DNA of 63,656 nt, counting the filler, from Octopus bimaculoides (taxonomy: Eukaryota): the NCBI RefSeq assembly GCF_001194135.2. It is 5 parts of 4 records of this genome, joined end to end, with 100 filler letters (N's around TTAATTAATTAA, not from the genome) between each part and the next. Parts side by side here need not be neighbours in the genome. Positions count along the whole stretch, not along the records: positions 1 to 15,298 come from NC_068983.1; 4 more parts are not named here. One strand, written 5' to 3'. The notes beneath the pieces are model-generated. The model saw only the letters and a program-made list of their open reading frames with translations. It was not told the DNA's origin and made no database searches. Shown here in pieces: positions 1 through 11,301 of this stretch. The position numbers and the translations under genes were made by a program. Within the stretch, counting starts at the first letter, position 1. Each line of letters opens with the position of its first letter.

Positions 1-241
1 TTATTATCTCCCCTTCTTCCTAGCTCTCTTGTTTGACCACCTCTGCCCAGCCATCGCCATGATCGACCGCTAAAGCTTTTTTTTATTGTCTCTCTGTTTA
101 TTGTCTCGTGTTCCTTTCTGTTGAAGAACGTAGGCTCGAAACGTAAAAGACTTTCTAACCTTCCCGAGCGTTAAACTAATACACCTGTTTGTTGTTTACA
201 CACGTGTTTTCGTCTTTTGTTCTTTTCTTTTGTAAATTCCA
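1..241 (+). mobile_element. Penelope-like element terminal (pLTR-like) repeat fragment
   Basis: Carries the PLE-end-type motif CTGTTGAAGAACGTAGGCTCGAAACGTAAAAG. A diverged reverse-complement copy lies at 28742-28966. Confidence 0.6.
114..149 (+). ncRNA. Degenerate minimal hammerhead-like motif
   Basis: CTTT-CTGTTGA-A-GAAC gtag GCTC-GAAA-CGT-A-AAAG. Stem I is CTTT/AAAG and stem III is the palindrome ACGT. The core has A6->T, so it is probably inactive. Confidence 0.35.
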
Positions 242-515
242 AGTATATATATATATATATAGTTCACAGATGAGATCCAGAGATTCTCCAAATAGAAGAC
301 ACTAAGTAGTACACAAAAGACACAAACTTAGACTCCGATGTCTTTACAGGGAATCATTTCTACCATTTGTTTTCTCTCGTTTTGCATGTATACATGTATA
401 CATATTTTTGCATTTGTTGTATTTAATATGCTTATTATATTTGATGTGTCTAATTTGATTATCCGCATAATTGCTTCTGCCTGTCTGTCTATCTGTCTCT
501 TTCTCTCTCTCTCTA

Positions 516-547
<32 letters not shown>

Positions 548-766
548 CACTCACACACAAACATATCTATAACTAAAGCAAGCAACTAACAACACGTCTA
601 ACTACAAAAAGACTATGTAATCTATTACTCAGATAAATATAATGAATATTAAAATATGGAAAAAGTAACAAGGAAACAAAACAAAATTATTATTAAATCT
701 AAAGATAGAACACGTAAAAGTGAATGAGAATATTCGAGGAACGCGTTATTAATACAGGTCATGTAT

Positions 767-801
<35 letters not shown>

Positions 802-1902
802 TTCATTCATTCATTTATTTATTCGTAAAATCTTTGCAGGAAGTGAATCTGGGAGCCAATACTTCCGGTCTCCACTTTCTCTGATCTCTGCCTCTCAGAG
901 TAGAGTGTCACTTCCCATATAGTCTATTAATTTGGTTATTCAGTCCTTAATATGTCGTTTTTTTTTTCTGCTCATTTGTTTGTTATTTTTTTCTCGAGAT
1001 GACCGTAAAAAAAGAGAAAAAAAAACAAAAAAAAAAACAATGAGAAATAGCAGCCTTCCGTTCCTACTCTCCTTTCTGGACTAGTGAATATATTTTTTCT
1101 CTTGTGTTTCTTTTATTTTCTAATTTTTGTTTGTATTTTCAATTTTTTCTTCTGCAGGTTTATACCGTTGAAAAATGACATAAGGAGATTGAAATCTCGA
1201 CCAGCTACTAATTTTCTGGGTATCTTTGAGAGATGCACTAGACAGAAATTTTCCAAAATAATTTCAAAGTATAGGTATCAGGTTTTGAGACATGGGAAAA
1301 TCTTAACCTTACTCGGTGGAAAGAAATACTTTACTAAATTATAAACATCTCAGTTCCTACAAATGTGAAACAATATATAAACTCTGTAATTCCAGTCTTA
1401 GAGCCAAATTGAATTTTCGATTGATATCACTAAAAACGGTTACTTGAAGAGTGTATTAAAGCAGGGAGATTTAGCAACTCATCCAAATACTTCACATACA
1501 ACTTTGCATTCCTCGCAGATGATTTTTAACTTCATTAGTTTTTGAGAAAGGTATAGCCGTTACAAAGGAAGCCTCTATATAGGTGATCGATATGTTTATA
1601 AACAGCAACCAAATTGGCTTCATATCACATCCTTTAGCCTTCAGACTTGAAGGACACATTGAAAAAAGTAGTCTTAGTATGATCATAAGACTATCCAACT
1701 AGAGATCCTTTGTAACCTTCTACAATAGAAACAGTATCTCAAATGTCACAGATAGAAAAGCTTTACGAGAAACGGACATTCATGAGAATGTGACTTGTAA
1801 ATTTTGAAATTCACTAATAATATAAGATCCGGAATAAAAACTGATTAATCTCAATTTGTATTATACTATCTAGCTTCTCTAGCCTTTTTGTCCATTTGTC
1901 CG

Positions 1903-1963
<61 letters not shown>

Positions 1964-2005
1964 ATACATACATACATACATACATACATACATACATACA
2001 TACAT
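1903..2005. repeat. Compound microsatellite (CT)n-(TACA)n
   Basis: Read directly from the sequence. Confidence 0.95.
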
Positions 2006-2550
2006 GTTAACATAAAGCTGAAGATCAGTGAAAAAGAGAATACCTACGCTGAACTATTGAGAAAACTGCAGTTACTCAATCCCTATTACAAGATAAGGTT
2101 TATACCTGTAATTATTGGGGGCACTGGGATATGTAACAAACTGCCTAAATATCAATCTTGAGAAAGAAGGCTTCTCAAAAGCAGAAAAAAGAAAACTGAT
2201 TCGAAAACTACCGATCTAAGCTATCAGTGGAAGCGTAAACATCTGTAAAGCATTCCAGAAGTTTATCATTTAAGTATATACGAGCATGTCTAGATATGTA
2301 AATATATACTTGAGAAGACATACATAAAAAGAAACATACAAATCTGCACATATACATACATACATACGTACGTACATACATACATACATGCATACGTACG
2401 TACATACATACATACATACATACATACATACATACATACATACATACATACTCTGTTGATGTTGAAATTCCAATGAAGGAGACTTAGATCTAAGTCAGAA
2501 ACCGACTCTTTCTCTATTGACATGAAATCTTGAAATAAAACTGAATAATG
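2004..2550 (+). mobile_element. 5'-truncated RLE-type non-LTR retrotransposon (endonuclease C-terminus plus 3' UTR) bounded by (TACA)n
   Basis: Translates, across a frameshift, as VNIKLKISEKENTYAELLRKLQLLNPYYKIRFIPVIIG(A)LGYVTNCL..., the EK..Y..L / IP(V/I)IIGALG pattern of R4-like RLE C-termini. Stop at 2271-2273, AATAAA near 2534, then ACATACATAC. Confidence 0.7.
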
Positions 2551-2570
2551 ACATACATACACACGCACGC

Positions 2571-2601
<31 letters not shown>

Positions 2602-2630
2602 TGTATGTATGTATGTATGTATGTATGTAT

Positions 2631-2750
2631 GTTCAGTCCCACTGTGTGACACCTTGGGTAAGTGTCTTCCACTATAGCCTCGGGCCGACCAAAGTCTTGT
2701 GAGTGGATTTGGTAGACGGAAACTGAAAGAAGCCCGTCGTATATATATAT
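2631..2750 (+). mobile_element. tRNA-derived SINE family 1, 5'-truncated fragment
   Basis: GTTCAGTCCCACTG...GTGAGTGGATTTGGTAGACGGAAACTGAAAGAAGCCCGTCG, shared with 4229-4660 and the minus-strand copies. Confidence 0.85.
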
Positions 2751-2933
2751 ATATNNNNNNNNNNACACACACACACACACACAGACACACACACACACAC
2801 ATATATATACATACATATATAAATACATATATGCAATCGTCAGATTTGCAATTATTCCAACACATCTTTAAGTTCTTTTTCAAAATATTATATATCTATA
2901 TGATAATGCCTATCGGCATTTTGTCTATCTTTA

Positions 2934-3078
2934 TGTTCTGAGTTCAAATTCCACCGAAGTCGGCTTTGCTTTTCATTCTTTCGGGATCCATAAAATAAGT
3001 ACGAGCTGAGTACTGGGATCGATGCAATCGACTAGCTCCCTTCCACAAATTTGCTGGTCCTGTGTCAAAATTGGAAAC
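2934..3078 (+). mobile_element. SINE family 2 (Meta-domain-like core), 5'-truncated
   Basis: GTTCTGAGTTCAAATTCC..GTCGGCTTTGCTTTTCATTCTTTCGGG..AAAATAAGTAC, shared with several other copies in the window. Confidence 0.8.
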
Positions 3079-4228
3079 CGCATGCACACACATAAGTTCA
3101 TCTATATGTGTTTATATGCGGTTGCTTCAAATCCCGATGTCTCGTCTGTTTACCACGCAGTTTATTTCTAACTATTTTTAGAATCAGAAACAAAACTCGC
3201 TGCTGATAGTCTTGGTGGTAGTTGTTGTAGTGTTACTGTTGATTGCGTCTAATATTTTGCACATTTACTCTCATACTGCTATTGTTTTGTAAAAAAAATT
3301 TGCGCTTATTCATACCACAAAGGAATTGAATAGAATGGAAGCCAGATTTTTTTTTTTAATTTTCTAAAACAAATAGAAGATAATAAAAGTGTACTAAATT
3401 GAGTATCTGTTGTCCATATTTGTCAGGTTTTGTTCTGATTAGATCTGTGACTTTTATTCAACAGAGAATATTGTTAACAGCTGTTGCTGGTATCTGAAAA
3501 GAGAAATATGCATATATACACAGAGAAACGTACACCAACGTACAAACATGTATATTGTACACATGCAAATAAACGCACAGAAATTGTTAGCTGAACAAAT
3601 GCATAGGAAACGCAGAGACAGGCGTTTACAGAAAGACAAATCGGACTCCGTGAGATAATTAGCGCAACAAAATAACTTGAAAAATGTATTAACAACATCA
3701 AAACTAACCTACTGAATATGCTCGTATTCACAAATGTACACACTCTCGTAATTGTAGATACAACTAAAAAAGAAATAGAAAGTATAGTTAAAATATAAAA
3801 CAATAACTATTAGTAATCACCTCAAAAAAAGATGTATGTCAATGAAAGGATATGGAGAAGCAACAATAGTGAGAAATCTAAGCATTCATGCAGAGAGATA
3901 AATAACTTACACATAGAAGTTTTAACAGACTATTACGTATTATAAAATATTTCAACTGGCGGGAATTTTTTCCCCATTCAACAATAAAATGCTTTCTTGA
4001 AAATTTCTAGGGAAAAATCAGAATGTCAACTTGATTTTATTGAATCTGGACATTCCAGATGAATAAAAAGAAAATTCAAATCTTGAGTTTCATCAGTGGA
4101 TATGAAACAAAGAACTTCTGCATAACCAACTCTTTATGGCGCTAGAAAAGCAGAAACAATCGTTTTCTAGCCTTGGTGAAAACTTGAAATACAGTCCATG
4201 TCTCAGAAAAATCCCAATATAAAAATTA

Positions 4229-4660
4229 GCGTGACTGTATGGTAAGAAGCTTGCTTCCCAGCTACATGGTCACGGGTTCAGGCCCACTGTGTGACATCGT
4301 GTGCAAGTGCCTTCTACTATAGCATCGGACCGACCAAAGATTTGTGAGTGGATTTGGTAGACGGAAACTGAAAGAAGCTCGTCATATGTTTGTGTGTGTG
4401 TGTGTGTGCATGCGTGTATGTGTATGTATGTATGTGTCTTTGTATCTGTGTCTGTCTCCCACCACCGCTTGATAACCGATGTCGGCGTGTTTACATCCCC
4501 GTAACCTAGCGGTTCGGCAAAAGGAGGACCGATAGAATAAGTACTAAGCTTTAAAAAGGTCCTGGACTAGATTTGTTCGGCTAAAACCCTTCAAGGCGGT
4601 GCTCCAGCATGGCCGCAGTCAAATGACTGAAGCAAGTAAAAAGATAAAAAATAGAAAAAC
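4229..4660 (+). mobile_element. tRNA-derived SINE family 1, near full length
   Basis: Degenerate A box (TGACTGTATGG) and B box (GGTTCAGGCC), internal (TG)n, 3' GCTCCAGCATGGCCGCAGTCAAATGACTGAA and an A-rich tail. Confidence 0.9.
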
Positions 4661-4880
4661 GATATATCAATTTTTTCTTTTATTTTTCATGAAATTAAAT
4701 TTCGTAAGATTAAACAAATAATAAAACTGACTTTAAAAAATTTGACAAACGGTCGCGAAGAACGTTTAGGAAATTACATTTTAACCAAGTCCGTATTTTG
4801 ATCATATTGCCTATCAAGAAGACGCTTTTCCTGTAGGCTCCACTTATCATCAACTGATGCCGATATTTTCCTACCTTGCA

Positions 4881-5215
4881 TGTTCTGGGTTCAAATTCCG
4901 CCGAGGTCGACTTTGCCTTGCATCCTTTTGGGGGTCAATAAATTAAGTACCAGTTGCGTACTGGGGTCGATCTAATCAACTTGCCTCCTCCCCCCCCCAA
5001 ATTTCGGGCCTTGTGCCTAGAGTAGAAAAGAATATTTTCCNNNNNNNNNNTGTTCTGGGTTCAAATTCCGCCGAGGTCGACTTTGCCTTGCATCCTTTTG
5101 GGGTCAATAAATTAAGTACCAGTTGAACACTGGGGACGATGTAATCGACTAGTATCCTTCCCCAAAATTCCTCGTCTTGTGCCAAAATTTGAAACAAATA
5201 TTTTCCTACTTTGAG
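4881..5215 (+). mobile_element. Two tandem 5'-truncated SINE family 2 copies separated by a 10-N gap
   Basis: Both begin TGTTCTGGGTTCAAATTCCGCCGAGGTCGACTTTGCCTTGCATCC (4881 and 5051). Their 3' halves differ. Confidence 0.85.
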
Positions 5216-5792
5216 GAATACAGCATAATTAAATTGCAGACATAGAATTAAATACAAAAACGAAACAAAAACGCATTTACTTATTAGCCTATCGATCTCT
5301 ATTACTTGTGAAATCCCTAGCGACTTCTCATAAACCCTAGGGTTCCAGAGAACGCTCTTGAGAAACACTGCTTTAAGAGGTCGCTCGACATTTGATCATT
5401 CAAACATAGAGCACTTAATGGTCATGTCTGGACCACTTTTGATATAAGTCTGCTGTATCCGAGTTACTCCGGGCTTAACAACAACAATAACCTGTAAAAT
5501 TTATTCAAGTTAGATGTAAATTACCGACTTTCCATAACTTTACGGTATGTATTTATTTCAAGGTCAAGTCAATCAACTTTTTACACGTTTGACACTGACA
5601 GTTATCGATACACATTTAAAACCAGAATAGTTTAAAATATGGAAATAAATTCCATGTTGATGCTGTTGTTATTTAACATTAGGTCAACCCTGGTAGAAGC
5701 AGTGACCATGCTGTCTTGATATATTCAAACATCGTGTGTCTAAGTCATTTAAGCTTTAATATATGGAGTAATATGAATGACAGCGGAAACAG

Positions 5793-6746
5793 TCTCTCAC
5801 TTTGTTAAAATCAAGAAGACCCCTGCAACAATCGTTCTACCTAAAACTCAGTGTAGATTCAGAAGGAGAAAAAGCAACTTGAATATGGTGTTCTGCCTCC
5901 ATCAGGTTTAAGAGATATGTGAAACAGAAAAAGATACGATATATACTCTTGGCCCGGACTGTGACAGGTTCCCAAAAGGTTTGAAATTCCAGCGAAGTTT
6001 CACAAGTACCACTGACTCATCAAAAATAAACACCATATCTACAACATTCTATATGACATGTAGTTATCATCATACATGCGCTAGAAGCATGTTATAATCT
6101 ACAAAAATGTGTATTACCACGAGTGATAACACTACTGAGGACATGCAGAGCTTGATGAATGTTTTATCTATGTAGGTACAAAGTTCAGCTTAACTACTAA
6201 TCTCTAGAAAAAATGAATTTATCATCTAAATCTTGACGACGCGAGTTCAGTAACACAACCTAAGTCTATCACCAAAATGCAATCAATCATTAGTGAGTGA
6301 TTGCCTCAGATAGGTAAAGTGATCGCAGGATGAAAAAGCCAGCCCAACGTTTAGAAACTTGAGAGAGTGACTATGGTACAACAAGCATGTTATGATCTGA
6401 GTGAATGGCAAGAATATCAAACAATAGAACTATCTGTCCTCGTGTATGGATCGAAGATATGAACATTTACCCTAATCAGCAAGAAACAGTAAGTTGTAGA
6501 TATGGTGTTTATTTTTGATGAGTCGATGATACTTGTGAAAGTTCGCCGGAGTTTCAAACCTTTTGGGAGCCTGTCACAGTCCCGACCAAACGTACTTATC
6601 GTATCTTTTACAGTTTCACATATCTCCTAGATCTAACGGAAGCTGAATATCATATTTAAGTTACTTTTTCTTCTGAATCTACATTGAGTTTCAGATAAAA
6701 CTACTGTTGCGGAGTGGGGTCTTCTCGACTTAAACGAGGAGAGAGA
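5793..6746. repeat. Long diverged inverted repeat pair (arms ~5793-6045 and ~6493-6746)
   Basis: The right arm reverse-complements to the left, e.g. TCATCAAAAATAAACACCATATCTACAAC vs GTTGTAGATATGGTGTTTATTTTTGATGA, and ACTGTGACAGG vs CCTGTCACAGT. Confidence 0.9.
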
Positions 6747-8491
6747 TCCAAAAATTAAACAGGTGAGTCAAGGTCAAGAATACCTCATCCTAGAGAGACA
6801 ATGTCAAGAATGCCTCTTCCTAGAAAGAGATAAGCTTTGTAACATAGAAGAGACATTGGATGGAGTAAACGCAGTTACCAATAAATACGCCCTCCTCACA
6901 GCTGGCTATTGTTAGGAGGAGTTAGGGCAGATGTGGTTAAATGTAACATGAGGTTAAATCACAACTCAGGACAGAAACCCAAGGTGGAAAAGAGATATAA
7001 CTGGAGATAGTCATCGTCGATAATGTCAAAAAGTGGGAGAATCGAGATGGTATTTAAATAGATACCCAAAACAATTAACGAAAGCATGCTGCACGTTAAC
7101 AAGCCATACTTGTTCGCTTTTCATCTCTAGCTCCTGCTGTAATGCAAATGAAAAACATAATAAACCTCACCTTATGTATGACACTGGTCCATCGTAGGTA
7201 ACTTTTCCTATTAAAAGAATTGAACTCAAAAGAACAGATCAACGACACACTCGTCATTTCAAACGGCTATCACGATTTACAGCTCTGAAATATAACAGCC
7301 ATAGTATCTAGTTGAAGTTATATGGAGCTAAAAGATATAGAGTTTAGATATTTACTACCAGTCTAGCGCAGACCTAGCAGACTTTTTATCTGTTCGTATA
7401 AATTAAAATCCAAGACGATATAATTTAATATTTCATTTATTTTTTCCAAAACAGTAGTGTCATTTGAGAGAAACTCGACTGCTATTTCTCACAGTTCTAG
7501 CTATTACCTTGTGGCTCCTTCATTGGCACATAATTTAGTATAAAGTGCAAGCGAGAGGACACGGACCTTATAATGTTTAGTTTTTTGCCCGGTACAGCAA
7601 CGCTTCGATCATCAGCTTTCTTCTAGCAACGACATGGAGCACTGCTCTAAATATTTTACGTTACTTTTATCTCCTCTTCAATTTAACTTCAGATTTGGAT
7701 GGGGTTTAATTTTTCTTTCATCTTTTTGGCAGTTGGTAAATGGCATGCCGTAATATACAGGTACTGATGTAATCAATTCGGTCCTTTCCAACAATTATCC
7801 AATTACCTTATATCCTATTGTATCATTTGAATCCATTGTAGGCAGCAATAGTGGGATACAGTCTAAAAACACTTTCAATTCAACATTTCGTTACGATAAA
7901 CTTTGAGTATTGTCATTTAAAATTCGATACAATAAGTTCAATTTTTGGATTCTTTTATTTAGTTTATTTAACTATGTATTTTCTCTTTCTTAATTGTAAG
8001 AAAATTTTTTGTGTTGAAGTAGTAATTATCTCCATTGATATATTCCCAGAAAATCTGGTACTGATTTTCGACATCAAGTGAATTAAGGGAAAAAATTCTG
8101 CTAAGAAATTTGGCGCAATGTTCATAGAAGATTTAAATAAACAATTCCCGTCAGATAGTCCCATATTTGATTCACTCAGTAATGTAATTTTTATAATAAT
8201 CATCGCTTCCAGACGTGTGATATGTCTTACTTAATGGTGTGTCGCTTTTAGAGAGCTTTTTTTTCATTCTAGAAGTGGATATAATTTAAATGACTCAAGA
8301 ATTTATCCTTTATGCTATTCAATATATCCTTATTCGTCTTTTCTGTTCAAATAAATACCATTGGCTACTCCAAGTTATTTTTCTAGGCTCATTTTCATTT
8401 CATTCATGTAAATTATCAAGGCCATGTATATGTTCTACTCTTTTTTGCATATATTTAAGAGTTCCGTTGCTAGAAATAAGGTAAGACAATT

Positions 8492-8536
8492 GTTGTTCTG
8501 ATGACGCCTATTGAGGCAGAAATACGTGTCCACAGC
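8492..8536 (+). ncRNA. Minimal type-I hammerhead ribozyme-like motif (PLE type)
   Basis: CTGATGA-C-GCC tattga GGC-A-GAAA-T-ACGT-GTC-cacagc. Core, stem II and the palindromic stem-III loop are present. Stem I is imperfect. Confidence 0.55.
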
Positions 8537-8639
8537 TGGTATAGTCTGCAGACAACCAGTTTGTCATTTCCTTAATGGGATGCCAAGTTTGGAGAATTTC
8601 TTGACCTTTCCTGTCTCACATTTAGTTGGTACCAATTGC

Positions 8640-9250
8640 TTCCAAGCAGCAATTTGTTTACCCATTCTGGAAGGAAGATAATAAATAAAAAAATTATCTG
8701 GCATTGCAATATAACTACAACTCCACTGTCTAATACTAGTCGGGTGGGAAGTACATCATACATTGCTCCTAGTAGTGACTGAAGTCTGACTGGCTCCATT
8801 TTCCTTTATTCAATTGTGGCCAATACTGTCTAAGTGCACTGGCTTCCTAACCTATGCTCTTAATCGAACGTTCCATATCATCTTCAATATAGTTAATGTT
8901 TTTACTTACTACATCTCGCCTGCCTTTGATAATGTTGGCGTGATATTCATTTGTTTCGTGCCCGCTAAATTCTCGCCCATTTGTTCCGCATCACACCTAT
9001 TACTTCTTTCATTCCCATGATAGTCTGCCAGTCCAGCAGCTTTTCTCATACTCCCTGTTAACACTCTTAGTAGGGCTGCACGAATAATGGTATCTACAGA
9101 ATCCCATAGCATCATATAGCAAGGAGCTTTTGATAATTTGAACTCCTTTACTAATGATGTTGCAGGCAGCTGGAATTTTGTGGCAGTCTTACTGCAGTCT
9201 TTGTGCTAAAAAAATCTGCGACTCTTGTAGGGACTTGGTAGCATACTTTT
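8640..9250 (-). mobile_element. Degraded RLE-clade non-LTR retrotransposon fragment (HERO-like post-RT region)
   Basis: Minus-strand peptides LVKEFKLSKA..MMLWDSVDTIIRAA and EPVRLQSLLGAMYDVLPT match the LVEEFK..KAR and (S/A)xYDVLP(S/T) patterns of this group. Confidence 0.55.
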
Positions 9251-9444
9251 CCATTCTCACCTCTTTTGTTAATGGTATTTCATGCAAGACCAGTTTGAGT
9301 AGAAAGCCAGGTTGGTAAAACTACACCTTTAATTCTTCTACAAAACCACAGATGTCGATGTCAATTAGCCCCTGTTACAATTTGTCCTCAGTTTCAGTTA
9401 TCTTCTTGGTGTCATTTAGGAATACAACGTAGATACTGCCAAAA

Positions 9445-10600
9445 CTTGCAGGTGGGGGCCCAGTTAGAATTTTTTTAAGATCAAGTAGCCCATCCTGCTC
9501 AAAAGGTCCCTGAATAAGGGTTGTTTAAAGATGTTGAACGAAGCACCCCTGTTTCCAAAGGTGAATAATTAAAACCCTAAAGAATTCCTTTCAAAACATA
9601 GCTATGATGCTCCCGCACTACTTCTGCTCGTGATCAGAGATGCACATATCGTCAGCCACTAAGGAACATGCTCAAGTGGTTAAAGTCAAACAACTGGCAA
9701 GCGTATCTGTGGAACTGAGCAGAATATTTGTTGTAGCCCATCTTTTATACCAAGACAAAACAATGTACATGATGGTAGACGGACAATTCGTCGGCGGAGA
9801 GTTGGCCAACAGACAACTTACAGACAGGACATTTGACCAACTGGACAATTTGCCGAAAGGACAATATGTCGACATTTTTTAAAATCAAAGTAAGAATTAC
9901 GAAAAAGTTTTATTAGACTTACACATAAAACAATATATTTATTCGTACAATAGGTTGACATATGAAAAAAAGCACTTTTCTTGGATAAAATTTCTAAATT
10001 TTTCACAGTACGAAATATAGAAACCTTAACATTTCTATATATTAAAAAATTATCACCTCTTGGCGTTTTATACAATTCATCCTGGTCTTTTCCGTCGCAC
10101 TGTATATTTAAGAGATTCCATTTTCGATAAACATCAAGCAACGCTCAAGGGGATATCAGAAGCTACAGTTTCAACTATAGAGCTCGGCAATTTTTCAGCT
10201 CATCCAGCAAGAAACTTCATTTATTCCTTAACTTTTGCAGCGTGATTTCCAATCGGCGTAGGCGGATGTACGTGTTCAGAAGTTGTGCTAATTTCATCAT
10301 CAATCGTTGTCAGTCAAGTACTGCACAGTTTACGATTTGCGCATCTCCAATAAGTCTTTTATTTTCTGGTTCTACCAATAATATAAGCGTACCTTTTGAA
10401 TAGAAGCTTTCTGTCTCCTCGTTACGTTTTAATGACCTCCATGATCGATACTTCCGCATGTCGACTTATTGTCCAATCAGCCAATCGTCCAATCGGCAAA
10501 TTGTCTGTCGGCGAATTATCTGTCGACGAATTGTCTGCACAAGGTACATGATAACACTTCTAATCAGTTAAGATCAGAAGCCATGAGAGTACTGCATCAG
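9445..10600 (+). mobile_element. Copy of the ~530-bp unclassified repeat, truncated at one end and split by the MULE insertion
   Basis: Reverse complement of 38966-39495, 55996-56505 and 56582-57115. AAACAATGTACATGATAACACTT is restored when 9774-10543 and one TSD copy are removed. Confidence 0.85.
9774..10543 (-). mobile_element. Internally deleted FLYWCH-MULE (Phantom-like Mutator) DNA transposon
   Basis: 9-bp TSD GTACATGAT at 9765-9773 and 10544-10552. Imperfect TIRs with tandem GACAATT/GACAA subrepeats. Minus-strand pseudo-ORF from ATG 10442 includes KTYWRCANRKLCST*LTTIDDEISTTSEHVHPP (FLYWCH) and YKTPRGDNFLIY..IFRTVKNLEILSKKSAFF (MULE pre-catalytic region). Confidence 0.85.
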
Positions 10601-10602
10601 GG

Positions 10603-10603
<1 letters not shown>

Positions 10604-10669
<66 letters not shown>

Positions 10670-10708
10670 CACACACACACACACACACGCGCACGCACAC
10701 GCATACAC

Positions 10709-10745
<37 letters not shown>
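10604..10745. repeat. (AC)n microsatellite
   Basis: Read directly. Similar arrays at about 11250-11312, 13063-13135, 23950-24000 and 36716-36760. Confidence 0.95.
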
Positions 10746-10747
<2 letters not shown>

Positions 10748-10849
10748 AATGTACGAATTTGGGGGAAATTAAAGCATTACATCAGTATACACATTAAAAA
10801 ATAGACATTAATAAATGTGTATACATGAAAGAGATAATAAATATCTACA

Positions 10850-11060
10850 CAAGTACGAATTTCATATGTAAAATTTCTATTCTGAAGAATCTTTTGAATG
10901 TCCCCACAAAAGCAACATTACACAAAGAAATTAATAGAATAAAAGCAAATGTTGGTTACTCTCTTCTAATAATAGATATTCAAATAATTTACTTGACCAA
11001 ATTATTCAACATACAAACAAATTTAATGCAATAAATGCAACAGAGACAATGCGTAATAAA
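10850..11060 (+). mobile_element. Possible highly degraded PLE post-RT fragment
   Basis: KISILKNLL...LHKEINRIKANVGYSLLIIDIQI resembles the PLE EL..IK..L..NGYP...ID motif. Confidence 0.3.
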
Positions 11061-11245
11061 AGCAAAGAAATCACATATATATATTAAATGAATGGAATGC
11101 ACCTAGGTCGTAGAATAGATAACTGTATTGTAAAAATAATACAGCGGCCAGTAAAAAGGTCATGAAAATAGGTTAATGTACATAACCTGACAAATGTATA
11201 TACATATACAAATGTATAATTATGTATGCATATATGTGTAAGTGA

Positions 11246-11301
<56 letters not shown>

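Noticed and set aside
1084-1344. 86-aa ORF with a very strong acceptor-like tract ending at 1157
   Set aside because: No recognisable peptide in any frame and no convincing donor. It could be a non-coding exon but cannot be supported.
3465-3649. Open frame between TTCAACAG and GTGAGA (…KLLAEQMHRKRRDRRLQKDKSDS)
   Set aside because: The peptide is unrecognised and partly low-complexity, and splice signals of this quality arise by chance.
5340-5370. TTGAGAAACACTG, resembling a hAT MITE terminus
   Set aside because: No partner TIR or 8-bp TSD was found nearby.
8460-8486. Possible 21-nt exon ending at AAG/GTAAGA
   Set aside because: The acceptor is a non-preferred AAG, and the site abuts the hammerhead-bearing repeat end, so it is more likely part of that element.
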